This document shows, one piece after another, positions 14,875 through 24,122 of a stretch of DNA of 64,000 nucleotides. The stretch spans positions 30,571 through 94,570 of the forward strand of contig JASLKQ010000001.1 in NCBI GenBank assembly GCA_030747505.1. The letters are read 5' to 3'. Under the pieces are notes generated by a model. That model searched no databases. It was given only the letters and a program-made list of their open reading frames with translations, and had not been told where the DNA came from. Origin of the DNA: Verrucomicrobiota bacterium (GTDB lineage: Bacteria > Verrucomicrobiota > Verrucomicrobiia > Limisphaerales > UBA1100). Position 1 is the stretch's first letter. The number at the start of each line of letters is the position of its first letter. The position numbers and the translations under genes were made by a program.

Positions 14875-15987
14875 GTGCTGTACTTTGATCATAACGCGAC
14901 TACTCCTTTGTGTGATTCAGCAAGAGAAGCGTGGGGAGCGGCGACTGAAAAGTATGTGGGCAACCCCTCAAGCCCCCACCGGATAGGAGCGCGAGCCGAG
15001 CGTGCGATGACGGAAGCGCGCGAGCAGTTGGCAGGATTTTTGGGCTGCAGTCCTCTGGATATCGTTTGGACTTCTGGCGCAACCGAATCCACTAATCTAG
15101 TGCTCCATCATTGTGCTCAGGTTCTGGATGGGGATGAGGAAGTATGGATTTCTTCCATCGAGCACCCATGTGTTATTGAGTCAACCCGTACCCATTTTGT
15201 CCGCCGCAATAAGACACTTCCCGTGACTCCTGAGGGTGTTTTGGATATGGATGCTTTGCGAGAAGCCCTGAAGGAACAACATCCTGGCCTGATTGCAGTG
15301 ATGGCGGCAAATAACGAAACCGGCATCCTGCAGCCTTGGGAAGAAGTGCAGCAACTTTGTGCAGAACACCGAATTCCTTTTTTTTGTGATGCTGCACAGT
15401 GGGTAGGGAAGCTTCCGGCTAAAGGATTGGGAGTGTGTGACTTTGTAAGCGGTTGCGCGCACAAATTCGGGGGACCTCAAGGTGTTGGATTCCTGAAATG
15501 CCCCCCCAATGGGGCAGTCCATTCCCAGCTTGTGGGTGGCCTGCAGGAGGAAGGACGCAGAGCAGGCACCGAAAATGTGGCTGGTATACTTTCCATGATG
15601 GCGGCCTTGAAGGAGCGCGAAAGCCAACTGGCTTCAGGGTCGGTACAAGAAAAGGAAGCGTGGCGGAATGCTTTTGTAATGAGCTTGGTGGGAGCCCGGA
15701 TTCTGGGCAAAGGCCAAGTTCGATTGTGGAATACGGTGAGCGCACTATTGCCCGGTGATTGTCGTATGCGGTGGGTGGTGAAGCTTGATAAGGCCGGTTT
15801 TGCAGTATCAACCGGCAGTGCCTGTTCCAGCGGGAAGGAAACTCCCAGTCACGTGCTGATGGCCATGGGTATTGCAAAAGAAGATGCCGATAGAGTGGTT
15901 CGCTTCAGTAGTGGATGGGAAACCACTGCTGAGGAATGGCAGGCACTGGTTAGGGGAGTCAATCAGGTAGCCGGTGAATTGGCCTAA
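14875..15987 (+). CDS. cysteine desulfurase (class V aminotransferase, NifS/IscS-like)
   Basis: 'YFDHNATTP' N-terminus, the PLP-Lys context 'SGCAHKFGGPQGVGFL' and the active-site Cys context 'STGSACSSG'. GTG start. Confidence 0.8.
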   Translation: MLYFDHNATTPLCDSAREAWGAATEKYVGNPSSPHRIGARAERAMTEAREQLAGFLGCSPLDIVWTSGATESTNLVLHHCAQVLDGDEEVWISSIEHPCVIESTRTHFVRRNKTLPVTPEGVLDMDALREALKEQHPGLIAVMAANNETGILQPWEEVQQLCAEHRIPFFCDAAQWVGKLPAKGLGVCDFVSGCAHKFGGPQGVGFLKCPPNGAVHSQLVGGLQEEGRRAGTENVAGILSMMAALKERESQLASGSVQEKEAWRNAFVMSLVGARILGKGQVRLWNTVSALLPGDCRMRWVVKLDKAGFAVSTGSACSSGKETPSHVLMAMGIAKEDADRVVRFSSGWETTAEEWQALVRGVNQVAGELA

Positions 15988-16590
15988 CTAATCTTCTTTT
16001 TTTTCGGGGGGGAGCAGCGATGGTTCGGTCTCGTTATTTCCAGGAAGTGGACCAGTGGGTAGAGGGGAAAAGCCAGTGGCATCAGGATCAATATTACTGC
16101 CGGGCGGGGTTAATCCCGGGCCGGAAGTCTCTCCGCCTGCATTGTCTGGGTGGAATGGATTGGGTTTTTGTACGTTTTTTTGCCCCGCAATAAGAACTAC
16201 TGCTGGAATAATAATCCCTGCAATTACCGCACCCACAGCCGGTTTTTTATCTTTGGCTGAACGAATGGCTAGGACCAGTCCCATGATCATGGTGACTAGG
16301 GAAAAAATGACGACCAGATAAACGAGCCACTTGAAAAAAGTGGTATCATACTCCCAGTCATTAACGGTCTTGGGTTGGTTTTCCGCCATGGGGTCTATTT
16401 CACTTACCCCGCGAGCCCAATGCTGATCAGTATGCACCCACCAGAGTTTTTGCGTGAGGCTTTGGGCTTCTCCTTCGTCCTTCTGGCGTGCAGGGTTTAG
16501 GATGAAATAAAAGCCGGAAACAAGATACATCGCTAGAAGCGGTGTAATGAAACAGCCAAGATAAAGGTGAATGCGGCGCAGCTGTTTCAC
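15988..16590 (-). CDS. membrane protein (PepSY-associated-TM-like N-terminus) with a Pro/Gly-rich C-terminal tail
   Basis: 'RRIHLYLGCFITPLLAMYLVSGFYF' and two further TM segments. The start abuts the stop of the upstream LysM gene. Confidence 0.45.
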   Translation of the reverse strand: MKQLRRIHLYLGCFITPLLAMYLVSGFYFILNPARQKDEGEAQSLTQKLWWVHTDQHWARGVSEIDPMAENQPKTVNDWEYDTTFFKWLVYLVVIFSLVTMIMGLVLAIRSAKDKKPAVGAVIAGIIIPAVVLIAGQKNVQKPNPFHPDNAGGETSGPGLTPPGSNIDPDATGFSPLPTGPLPGNNETEPSLLPPEKKED

Positions 16591-17265
16591 TTACTTGAGT
16601 TGCCCAGGCTCGGGAATGAGTAACTTTTGGCCAGCCAATAAACGGTCGGCCTTCATTCCCGGGTTGGCCTTGAGTACCTGACTTTGAGAGACGCGTCCTT
16701 TAAGTCCTTCCTTCTTGAAGGCGGCATTATAGGCAGCGAGGATGGTGCTAAGAAATTCACCCGACTGAACAACGTGTTCCCGTGCCTTGAATTTTGGTGG
16801 AGCAGGATTGGTGCGGGTTGGGGTTGGTGCGGGAACTGGGCTGTTGGCAATTTTTTCTACAGTTTTCAATATCTCATCAATTTGCTTATTGGTAATTTCA
16901 AGATCATTGCGTCGATTTTTATCTAGCTCAGTCAGCTTTATTGCCAGTTCATCAATATCTTTATTACTGGCAAAACGGAGGGCATTCTCTCGCTTTAAAT
17001 TTTCATTAGCCGCGCGAAGAATTTTCATTTCATTCTCCAGAGCCGTCATTTTACGAATCTGCAAATTATATGCCCCCTTCAATTCTTCCATCTCGCCGCG
17101 CAGTTGACGAATCTGCTCCATGAAATACTTGTTTTCTGCTGCGGCCGTCGAGGGGAGCGGTTTCTTTAGCTTACCCTTTTTGGTTGTGTTTTCCTGTGCA
17201 CTAGTAGAGAGCGTGCTTAGAGCGAAGGCGGCGAACATCGCTGTGCAATTTATCAGACTCCTCAT
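16591..17265 (-). CDS. secreted coiled-coil protein with a C-terminal LysM domain
   Basis: Signal peptide 'MRSLINCTAMFAAFALSTLSTSAQE', a heptad-rich middle, and the LysM-like 'HVVQSGEFLSTILAAYN....VLKANPGMKADRLLAGQKLLIP'. Confidence 0.7.
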   Translation of the reverse strand: MRSLINCTAMFAAFALSTLSTSAQENTTKKGKLKKPLPSTAAAENKYFMEQIRQLRGEMEELKGAYNLQIRKMTALENEMKILRAANENLKRENALRFASNKDIDELAIKLTELDKNRRNDLEITNKQIDEILKTVEKIANSPVPAPTPTRTNPAPPKFKAREHVVQSGEFLSTILAAYNAAFKKEGLKGRVSQSQVLKANPGMKADRLLAGQKLLIPEPGQLK

Positions 17266-17315
17266 GACCTAATTCTAGATGCAGTAGGGCTATTATTCAA
17301 GTTTCAAGCTGCAGT

Positions 17316-18221
17316 GTGGGATGGTTTTCTCTTCCCGAAACCTTTGTCAGTTCTCAAGCTTCACGGGTGAATGTCAAAGACTCACTGCAACATGCTGCCA
17401 AGGTGCTGGTGAATGCTGGTGTGACCAGTGCTGATATAAACGCGCAATGGTTGATGACCCATGTACTTGGCTGCAGGCGGACTGAGTTAGCCCTAAAGCT
17501 ATCTGAACCGCTCAGTGATGAAGAACAGGCTCGATGGGATGAGGTCGTAGCCAAGCGAATTCAACGTATCCCGCTTCAGCACATTATCGGAACCGTAGAT
17601 TTTTGTGGGATAGAGCTTGATGTGAATGAACATGTGCTGATTCCCCGTCCTGAAACGGAGCTTTTAGCGGAGATGGCTTGGGTTGTGGCCGCCTCAATGA
17701 ATCAGGCGTCCGTATTGGATATCGGAACTGGAAGTGGATGCTTGGCGATCGCTGTCGCCTTAAATGCCAGAAAAGCAACAGTGCATGCGTTGGATATTTC
17801 GGCCAATGCTCTTGAGGTTGCTCGCGCGAATGCCAGTCGTCATGGATTAAAGGAGCGGATTACATTTCATGAAGCTGATATGCGCGAACCCCTTCCAGTA
17901 AATGGATTAATTGATCTAATAGTGGCTAATCCTCCATATGTTCCTTCAAGGGATATCAGGGATCTTGAACCGGAAGTGCGTGATCATGATCCGCATCTGT
18001 CTCTGGACGGAGGCGAGGATGGGCTTGATTATTACCGGTCTCTAGCGGAAAACTTGCTACCGTGCCTGAGTGCCGAGGGTCGTCTAATGATGGAGATAGG
18101 TGAGGGGCAGGCTTCTGGAGTGGCTGATATCATCGGCTGCTCTGGAGGGAGAGTGCTAGAGATACTACCTGATCTGAATAACGTGGAACGAATCGTGGTT
18201 GCCTCGGCAGTTAATTCATGA
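17316..18221 (+). CDS. prmC: peptide chain release factor N5-glutamine methyltransferase
   Basis: 'LDIGTGSGCLAIA' SAM motif and 'VANPPYVPS' (NPPY). Collinear with HemK/PrmC. The start is uncertain: GTG 17316 or GTG 17367. Confidence 0.85.
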   Translation: MGWFSLPETFVSSQASRVNVKDSLQHAAKVLVNAGVTSADINAQWLMTHVLGCRRTELALKLSEPLSDEEQARWDEVVAKRIQRIPLQHIIGTVDFCGIELDVNEHVLIPRPETELLAEMAWVVAASMNQASVLDIGTGSGCLAIAVALNARKATVHALDISANALEVARANASRHGLKERITFHEADMREPLPVNGLIDLIVANPPYVPSRDIRDLEPEVRDHDPHLSLDGGEDGLDYYRSLAENLLPCLSAEGRLMMEIGEGQASGVADIIGCSGGRVLEILPDLNNVERIVVASAVNS

Positions 18222-18248
18222 ACAATCCCGCACCGAGGAGTTTTTTCC

Positions 18249-19511
18249 GTGGATAGTCTTGAGATTAAAGGCGGCACACCACTCAATGGTGAAGTGCAGA
18301 TTAGTGGGGCGAAAAATGCGGTGTTACCCATTTTAGCGGCAACGATTCTTACCCGTGAACCCTGTATCATTCGCAATGTGCCTGAATTGGCCGACGTGAA
18401 AACAATGTGCCAGATTTTGGAGAGTCTTGGGGCTACAACAAAAATTGAAGGGAAAACGGTGACGGTGCAGGCAGCCAAGGTCCGTGACTTTGCTGATTAC
18501 GATTTGGTTCGTAAAATGCGCGGGTCACTTTGTGTTTTGGGTCCGTTACTTGCCCGCTTAAAGAAGGCCACTGTTTCCATGCCGGGAGGATGTGTGATTG
18601 GAACTCGCCCAGTGGACCTACACCGTAAAGCGATGGAGGCACTTGGAGCCAGGGTTAAGGTTGAAAATGGGTATATTATTGCCAGTGCACGTAAACTGAC
18701 GGGGGGAGAAATGTTTTTGGGAGGTCGTGCCGGCCCCACAGTACTCGGTACGGCTAATGCAATGATGGCAGCCACCCTAGCAGAAGGGATTACAGTAATA
18801 GAGCATGCGGCTTGTGAGCCTGAAGTGGTCGATTTGGGTAAGTTCCTCAACAATATAGGGGCACAGATTCAAGGACTGGGTTCTCCCACGCTGACCATTA
18901 CGGGAGTGAAGGAACTGGGCGGGGCAGAGCATGAGGTAATCCCAGATCGAATCGAGGCAGCGACCTATGCCATTGCCGGGGTGGTCACCAAGGGGGAAGT
19001 CACCTTGAAGGGAGCACGACCTGACCACATGAAAGCCGTGATTGAAAAACTGCGTGAATCGGGGGTGAAGGTGGATCAATCGAAAGGTAAGCTCACTTTC
19101 AAACGCGGGCGTGGATTGCATAGCGTTCACATCACCACCCTGCCCCACCCAGGGTTCCCAACCGATGTGCAGGCGCAGATGATGACTTTCATGACTCAAA
19201 CGCCTGGTATCAGCGTTATCACTGAACGCATTTTTGAGAGTCGCTTTACTCACGTTCAAGAGTTGGAGCGGCTGGGGGCTGAAATCTCCATTGAAGGTCC
19301 AAGTGCGATTGTGCATGGAGTTCAGAAACTCTCTGGGGCCACAATTATGGCCAGTGACTTGCGTGCAAGTGCTGCGTTGGTTATAGCCGGCATGGTGGCC
19401 AAAGGGACTACACGGATCAATCGCATTTACCATTTGGACCGAGGCTATGAAAATCTTGATTCCAAACTCAAGAAACTGGGGGCTAAGGTTAAACGCGTGA
19501 GGCAAAACTAG
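18249..19511 (+). CDS. murA: UDP-N-acetylglucosamine 1-carboxyvinyltransferase
   Basis: 'LEIKGGTPLNGEVQISGAKNAVLPILAA' and the active-site region 'PGGCVIGTRPVDLH'. 420 aa. GTG start. Confidence 0.9.
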   Translation: MDSLEIKGGTPLNGEVQISGAKNAVLPILAATILTREPCIIRNVPELADVKTMCQILESLGATTKIEGKTVTVQAAKVRDFADYDLVRKMRGSLCVLGPLLARLKKATVSMPGGCVIGTRPVDLHRKAMEALGARVKVENGYIIASARKLTGGEMFLGGRAGPTVLGTANAMMAATLAEGITVIEHAACEPEVVDLGKFLNNIGAQIQGLGSPTLTITGVKELGGAEHEVIPDRIEAATYAIAGVVTKGEVTLKGARPDHMKAVIEKLRESGVKVDQSKGKLTFKRGRGLHSVHITTLPHPGFPTDVQAQMMTFMTQTPGISVITERIFESRFTHVQELERLGAEISIEGPSAIVHGVQKLSGATIMASDLRASAALVIAGMVAKGTTRINRIYHLDRGYENLDSKLKKLGAKVKRVRQN

Positions 19512-19581
19512 GTTTGAACTGGCTGCTTTTGCGTCCTTCAGGTAGATTGTTACCACAATTTCACTAGGCCTAATCGAGACG

Positions 19582-20244
19582 ATGAAATATCAAGCTACTA
19601 GTTTTGCCGATGGGGTTTTTACTGTTGTCTGCCCTCATTGCTCCAATGCACTTGCAGTGGATGAAGCTCAGCTGGGTCAAATTAATGAACAATTAGGAGG
19701 CCGATATGCCTGCCCACAAGGCTCATGCGGGAAGGAGATTGAATTTCCCTCTACCGAGGAGGCTCAGGAAATTATGACGGGCGTAGGGGCTCCCGTGCCG
19801 GAATCGGGAGCTGCAGCCCCCAGTGCACCTGCTTCAACCGGAGCGGTTCCTGCACCTCCTCCACAAGCCAATCCATCAGCCAAGCCTACGCCTCCCCCGG
19901 ACGATGCCGCTTCGCCAGCACAGGAGGCTTCTGCTAATAAGACTGTTGCACCAGCGGCGAAGGCTGCTGAGGAAGAAATTGTTGTTGGTTTTGGAGGTGG
20001 ATCCACGGCCACACTGGAGCGTGAGGCAGCTGGGTTGCATAAACTTTCGGTAAAGACCATTTTTCATAGCGATTGTGTGAAGGATAAAAGGGACACTTTT
20101 GATGATGAAGTGTCCAAGTTTCTCAGTAGCTTGGAGGAGGAGAATCTAGTGGGTGTCCACCCAGTTCAATACACGGCTGATGAAAAGAAGGGCAGCGATT
20201 TCGGGGTGATGATCATCTACAAGGCAGTTCCCAAGGAGGATTAA
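19582..20244 (+). CDS. hypothetical protein: N-terminal zinc-ribbon-like motif, Pro/Ala-rich linker, small C-terminal domain
   Basis: 'CPHCSN...(22)...CPQGSCGKEIEFPS', then 'APSAPASTGAVPAPPPQANPSAKPTPPP'. I recognise no family. Confidence 0.45.
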   Translation: MKYQATSFADGVFTVVCPHCSNALAVDEAQLGQINEQLGGRYACPQGSCGKEIEFPSTEEAQEIMTGVGAPVPESGAAAPSAPASTGAVPAPPPQANPSAKPTPPPDDAASPAQEASANKTVAPAAKAAEEEIVVGFGGGSTATLEREAAGLHKLSVKTIFHSDCVKDKRDTFDDEVSKFLSSLEEENLVGVHPVQYTADEKKGSDFGVMIIYKAVPKED

Positions 20245-22781
20245 CTGAAGAGATCCAGCTGAGGGGAGGGGGTCAGATTTCGTAATTTTTTCCGTTCCAC
20301 CCTGGGGTTCACGCTGCCTTTCCTGGCTCCTGCACCTGTAAGATCGGTTTCCTCCAAGTTCATCAGGATTTCCTTCGCCCGCTCTAGAACAGGTTGAGGG
20401 ACCCCCGCCAATCGCGCTACGTGTATACCATAACTCTGATCTGCTGCGCCGTCTATGATCTGGCGGAGGAAAACGATTTGATCGTTATATTCCCTGACCG
20501 CCACGTTCAGGTTAAAAACGCGTTGAAGGCGCTGGGACAGTTCAGTGAGTTCGTGATAATGAGTTGCAAAGAGCGTTTTGGTGCCTAGCTGCTGATGAAT
20601 GTGCTCGACGATGGACCACGCTAGGCTAAGCCCGTCAAAGGTGCTGGTGCCTCGTCCGATTTCATCGAGGATGACGAGACTGTTCGAGCTAGCATGGTGG
20701 AGAATGTTTGCCGTTTCACTCATTTCCACCATAAAGGTGGATTGGCCGCGGGAAAGATTATCACTGGCCCCGATCCTTGTGAAGATACGGTCCAGCAAAT
20801 CTATTCTTGCTTCAGTTGCTGGCACAAAACTCCCCGTGTGCGCCAGAAGAGCAATCAGCGCCACTTGCCTTATATAGGTACTTTTGCCTGCCATGTTGGG
20901 TCCTGTGATCAAAGCAATTTGCTTGTCCGCACTTAAATTCGTGCGATTGGGCACAAATCGTTCGTCCAGTATCGTTTGTTCGAGTACGGGATGACGACCA
21001 TCCTGGATTTCAAGTCGACCTTCATGCCCCATGGTCGGACAGCAGTAATTGTAGAGCCGTGCGGTTTGTGCGAATCCTGCCAGTACATCAAGTTGGGCCA
21101 GTGAATCAGCAGCTTGTTGTATAGAGCGAAGATGTTTCAAAACAGTTTCTCTGACTTGCAGGTATAATTCATACTCGAGCTTCGTACTCCGTTCCTGGGC
21201 TCCGAGCACCTTGTCTTCCATCTGTTTGAGTTCATCAGTGATGTATCGTTCTCCATTAGCAATGGTTTGCTTACGCACATAGTGGGGAGGAACCTTGGCC
21301 AGATGGGTTTTGGTGATTTCAATGAAATAACCGAAAACATTATTAAATCGTACTTTTAAGGAGGGGATGCCCGTTTTCGCAATTTCGCGTTGCTGTAATT
21401 GGGCGATCCACTCCTTGCCTTCACTTGCTCCACCACGCAGTTCGTCCAGTGACGTGCTATAACCTTCACGGATGATTCCGCCTTCGCGTAAGGTAAGCGG
21501 AGGGTCATCAATGATGGCTTGCGCAATAAGTGAAACCACTTCAGGCAATTCATGGAGCTGTTCTGCCAGTTGCGCCAGCAGCGGGACTTCGGCGGCATCA
21601 TCAAGATCCAGTACACCCGAATTACCGAGAGCTTCGTCAATTAGCGTATGTAGCGAAGTAAATTGTTCAATGGCTAGTCGCAAATTCAATAGATCGCGAG
21701 CATTACCCGTTCCTACTGAAAGACGGGTGATGGTACGCTCTAGATCACGCACTTCACGGAGATGATGTTTAAATTGCTCCAATCGGTTTCCGTCTTCAAC
21801 CCAGGTTCGGACCGCACTTTGCCTTGCATGGATTCCCCCAGTCTCCGAAAGAGGCTGTGTCAGCCAATCACGCAGTCGCCTTGCCCCCATGGGGGTGACG
21901 GTGCAGTTCATCGAGTTGTACAGACATGCAGCATTGGGGGCGTCTCGGGTAAGAGGTTCGAGGATTTCCAGATTGCGAAGTGAAGCTCCATCGATTGTGA
22001 GAAAATCAGTATTTTGATAAAATTTGATCGGTTGCAAATGTGCTACGTCACGACGTAGAGTGTTAATCAGGTAGTGCAATGCGCCGCCGGCTGCACTAAT
22101 GGCAGCAGGTCGATCCTTTAGGCCGAACCCGTCGAGAGATTTTACTCCAAAATGGCCCTTTAGAGTATATCCCGCCGAGTCGAAAGCGAAGACCCAATCC
22201 TCATGTTCATTGAGTACAGCCCCGGTATCGCCCAAAGCTTCTGAAATGCAAAAATTCCCCGCAGGAAGTACTATTTCAGCCGGCTTAAGTCGGTCCAGCT
22301 CTGTTCTTAGGTCAACTATGGATCCGGCTTCAGTAACCTTAAAATCGCCCGTGGTTAGGTCGATGAGGGTTAGCCCGTAGATATCCCTATTGTGACATAT
22401 TGCGGCCAGGTAATTGTTCCGTTCAGCAGTAAGGATTTGTTCATCAAAATGAGTACCAGGGCTGAGGATCCGAGTGACCTCTCGATTAACAAGTTTCCCT
22501 GGTACTGCTTCTTCGGTTTGCTCGCACATAGCCACTTTACAACCGGCCTGAAGAAGTTTCCCAATGTAATTGTTTGCTGCGTGAAACGGTATTCCACACA
22601 TGGGAGTGCTGCCACGCTTTGTTAAGGTGATATTTAAAATGTCGGCACCGGTTTTTGCATCACCAAAGAACAACTCATAAAAATCACCTAACCGGAACAA
22701 TAGTAAAGTGTCTTTAGGCAACTCTCCCTTCAAGCGATGGTATTGTGCCATCATCGGTGTTTGTTTTGGAGACTTGGCCAT
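20241..22781 (-). CDS. mutS: DNA mismatch repair protein MutS
   Basis: 'TPMMAQYHRLK' N-terminus, Walker A 'GPNMAGKST' and 'DEIGRGTSTFDG'. The start is taken at ATG 22781; the track gives TTG 22787. Confidence 0.95.
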   Translation of the reverse strand: MAKSPKQTPMMAQYHRLKGELPKDTLLLFRLGDFYELFFGDAKTGADILNITLTKRGSTPMCGIPFHAANNYIGKLLQAGCKVAMCEQTEEAVPGKLVNREVTRILSPGTHFDEQILTAERNNYLAAICHNRDIYGLTLIDLTTGDFKVTEAGSIVDLRTELDRLKPAEIVLPAGNFCISEALGDTGAVLNEHEDWVFAFDSAGYTLKGHFGVKSLDGFGLKDRPAAISAAGGALHYLINTLRRDVAHLQPIKFYQNTDFLTIDGASLRNLEILEPLTRDAPNAACLYNSMNCTVTPMGARRLRDWLTQPLSETGGIHARQSAVRTWVEDGNRLEQFKHHLREVRDLERTITRLSVGTGNARDLLNLRLAIEQFTSLHTLIDEALGNSGVLDLDDAAEVPLLAQLAEQLHELPEVVSLIAQAIIDDPPLTLREGGIIREGYSTSLDELRGGASEGKEWIAQLQQREIAKTGIPSLKVRFNNVFGYFIEITKTHLAKVPPHYVRKQTIANGERYITDELKQMEDKVLGAQERSTKLEYELYLQVRETVLKHLRSIQQAADSLAQLDVLAGFAQTARLYNYCCPTMGHEGRLEIQDGRHPVLEQTILDERFVPNRTNLSADKQIALITGPNMAGKSTYIRQVALIALLAHTGSFVPATEARIDLLDRIFTRIGASDNLSRGQSTFMVEMSETANILHHASSNSLVILDEIGRGTSTFDGLSLAWSIVEHIHQQLGTKTLFATHYHELTELSQRLQRVFNLNVAVREYNDQIVFLRQIIDGAADQSYGIHVARLAGVPQPVLERAKEILMNLEETDLTGAGARKGSVNPRVERKKLRNLTPSPQLDLFS

Positions 22782-22950
22782 TAGCAAAACGCTATCGTGA
22801 AAAAAAAAAATCGCGAAGAGAAAAATTTCTCTGTGTAAAACGTGTGAACATTTTTACCAAAGAGGGTAAAAAAAAACTATGCAAACACCCGTAAAGTGTT
22901 GTATAGGGATAGGCGAATCGCATACGTGCGATCCGACGATAACCCTAAGA

Positions 22951-22956
22951 AGGAGG
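22951..22956 (+). promoter_or_regulatory. Shine-Dalgarno sequence AGGAGG for the histone-H1-like gene
   Basis: AGGAGG lies 11 nt upstream of ATG 22968. Confidence 0.5.
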
Positions 22957-22967
22957 TGTACGCTTCT

Positions 22968-23228
22968 ATGGCAAAGAAAAAAGCTAAGAAGAAGGCAGCT
23001 AAGAAAAAGCCTGCTAAGAAGAAGAAGGCAGCTAAGAAGAAGCCTGCTAAGAAGAAGAAGGCAGCTAAGAAAAAGAAGCCTGCTAAGAAGAAGAAGGCAG
23101 CTAAGAAGAAGAAGCCTGCTAAGAAGAAGAAGGCAGCTAAAAAGAAGCCTGCTAAGAAAAAGAAGGCAGCTAAAAAGAAGCCTGCTAAGAAAAAGAAGGC
23201 AGCTAAGAAGAAAGCCAAGAAGAAGTAG
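22968..23228 (+). CDS. Lys/Ala/Pro-repeat basic protein (histone H1-like / Hc1-like nucleoid protein)
   Basis: 86 aa: MAKKKAKKK, then 6 units of AAKKK(K)PAKKKK, then AAKKKAKKK. Supported by a strong SD upstream and an intrinsic terminator downstream. Confidence 0.7.
   Translation: MAKKKAKKKAAKKKPAKKKKAAKKKPAKKKKAAKKKKPAKKKKAAKKKKPAKKKKAAKKKPAKKKKAAKKKPAKKKKAAKKKAKKK
22995..23198 (+). repeat. in-frame tandem repeat, six units of 33/33/36/36/33/33 nt (gca gct aag aag aag [aag] cct gct aag aag aag aag)
   Basis: Read directly from the sequence. Units differ mainly by aaa/aag synonymous changes and one extra Lys codon in the two central units. Confidence 0.85.
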
Positions 23229-23258
23229 TCTTCTTTCTAGTAAGGACTATTTCCACAC

Positions 23259-23286
23259 GGCGGCGGGTTTCCCGCCGCTTTTTTTG
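23259..23286 (+). terminator. rho-independent terminator after the histone-like gene
   Basis: GGCGGCGGG-ttt-CCCGCCGC stem-loop followed by a T7 run. Confidence 0.75.
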
Positions 23287-23329
23287 TGTTTCAGCTTTGA
23301 ATTTCAGGGCTAAAAGCGCACCGTAGGGC

Positions 23330-24043
23330 ATGTCTTGTCTGATATTCGATATCGAAACGTCTGCTCTTCCAAAGGAGAATTTAGATGAGGCCCAGCTGGA
23401 ATATTTGTTTCGGCCCGCTGAAAACCTTACTAAAGAGACGGAAAAAGAGCAAAAACGGAGTGAAATAGAACGCCAGTTCAATCTCTGGCCGTTCACGGCA
23501 CAATGTGTCTGTATCTGCATGATTAATTCAGACAGCGGACGAGGTAAGGTATTGTATTTGGCTGACGATTTTGAGGAAGCTCCTTCTGATCCGATTGAAT
23601 ATGTGCCCTGCGTTGATGAGTCGGAGTTGCTCTCCCACTTCTGGGAACTGGCGGCCAAGTATAATAAGATATGCACTTTTAACGGGCGAGGCTTTGATGT
23701 CCCCTTTCTGTATTTGCGTTCAGCTGTATTGGACGTGCCGGTAACCCGTAAGGATTGGCTTGGTTACCGTTTCCAGACGGAGCCCCATTGTGATTTAGCT
23801 GATCAATTTACTTTTTACAATGTTGGCGGCTGGGGAGGTGCTGCGAGGAGATTTAATCTCGATTTCTACTGTAAAGCTTTCGGGATTGCTTCGCCCAAGG
23901 CTGAAGGGGTTACAGGAATGGATGTAAATGACCTTATGGCTGAAGGAAGATATAAAGAAATAGCCGATTATTGTGTTCGTGATGTGGTTGCGACGACCCG
24001 CCTTTATGAGGTTTGGCTCAAGCGATTGGCTGGCGTCAAATAA
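23330..24043 (+). CDS. predicted 3'-5' exonuclease (PolB-exonuclease-like, RNase H fold)
   Basis: 'LIFDIETSA' (Exo I), 'TFNGRGFDVPFLYLR' (Exo II) and 'HCDL...YCVRDVVATTRLY' (Exo III-like), arranged as in COG3298-type proteins. Confidence 0.6.
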   Translation: MSCLIFDIETSALPKENLDEAQLEYLFRPAENLTKETEKEQKRSEIERQFNLWPFTAQCVCICMINSDSGRGKVLYLADDFEEAPSDPIEYVPCVDESELLSHFWELAAKYNKICTFNGRGFDVPFLYLRSAVLDVPVTRKDWLGYRFQTEPHCDLADQFTFYNVGGWGGAARRFNLDFYCKAFGIASPKAEGVTGMDVNDLMAEGRYKEIADYCVRDVVATTRLYEVWLKRLAGVK

Positions 24044-24122
24044 CCAACTTGAGATTGAGTAATAGGTGGGTTTGTGCTTTTATCCTCGTACCCTAAACGC
24101 GTTGCCTGATTTAGACTGTGAG

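Noticed and set aside
18777-19556. Long antisense ORFs: 259 aa opposite murA, 230 aa at 24744..25436 opposite PAP2/ald, 196 aa at 41872..42462 opposite the SDR, 184 aa at 5672..6226 opposite VIT-vWA, and 172 aa at 139..657 opposite the symporter.
   Set aside because: Each overlaps a sense-strand gene with clear family motifs. The antisense products have no recognisable motifs and have skewed Arg/Ser/Pro-rich composition.
20241-20244. The convergent genes 19582..20244 (+) and mutS (-) share overlapping stop codons (TTAA).
   Set aside because: This is a real but trivial consequence of compact gene packing, with no functional implication evident.
22995-23198. The regular 33/36-nt periodic repeat could be mistaken for a CRISPR array.
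   Set aside because: Units are directly abutting with no unique spacers. They are in-frame coding sequence, and no cas genes are present in the window.
22877-23313. A 113-aa minus-strand ORF ('FFLAAFFFLAGFF...') and a 144-aa Arg-rich + strand ORF (22879..23313) overlap the Lys-rich gene.
   Set aside because: They are the complementary and shifted-frame readings of the AAG/GCA/CCT repeat. Only the Lys/Ala/Pro frame has an AGGAGG Shine-Dalgarno, an ATG at the correct spacing and a terminator right after its stop.
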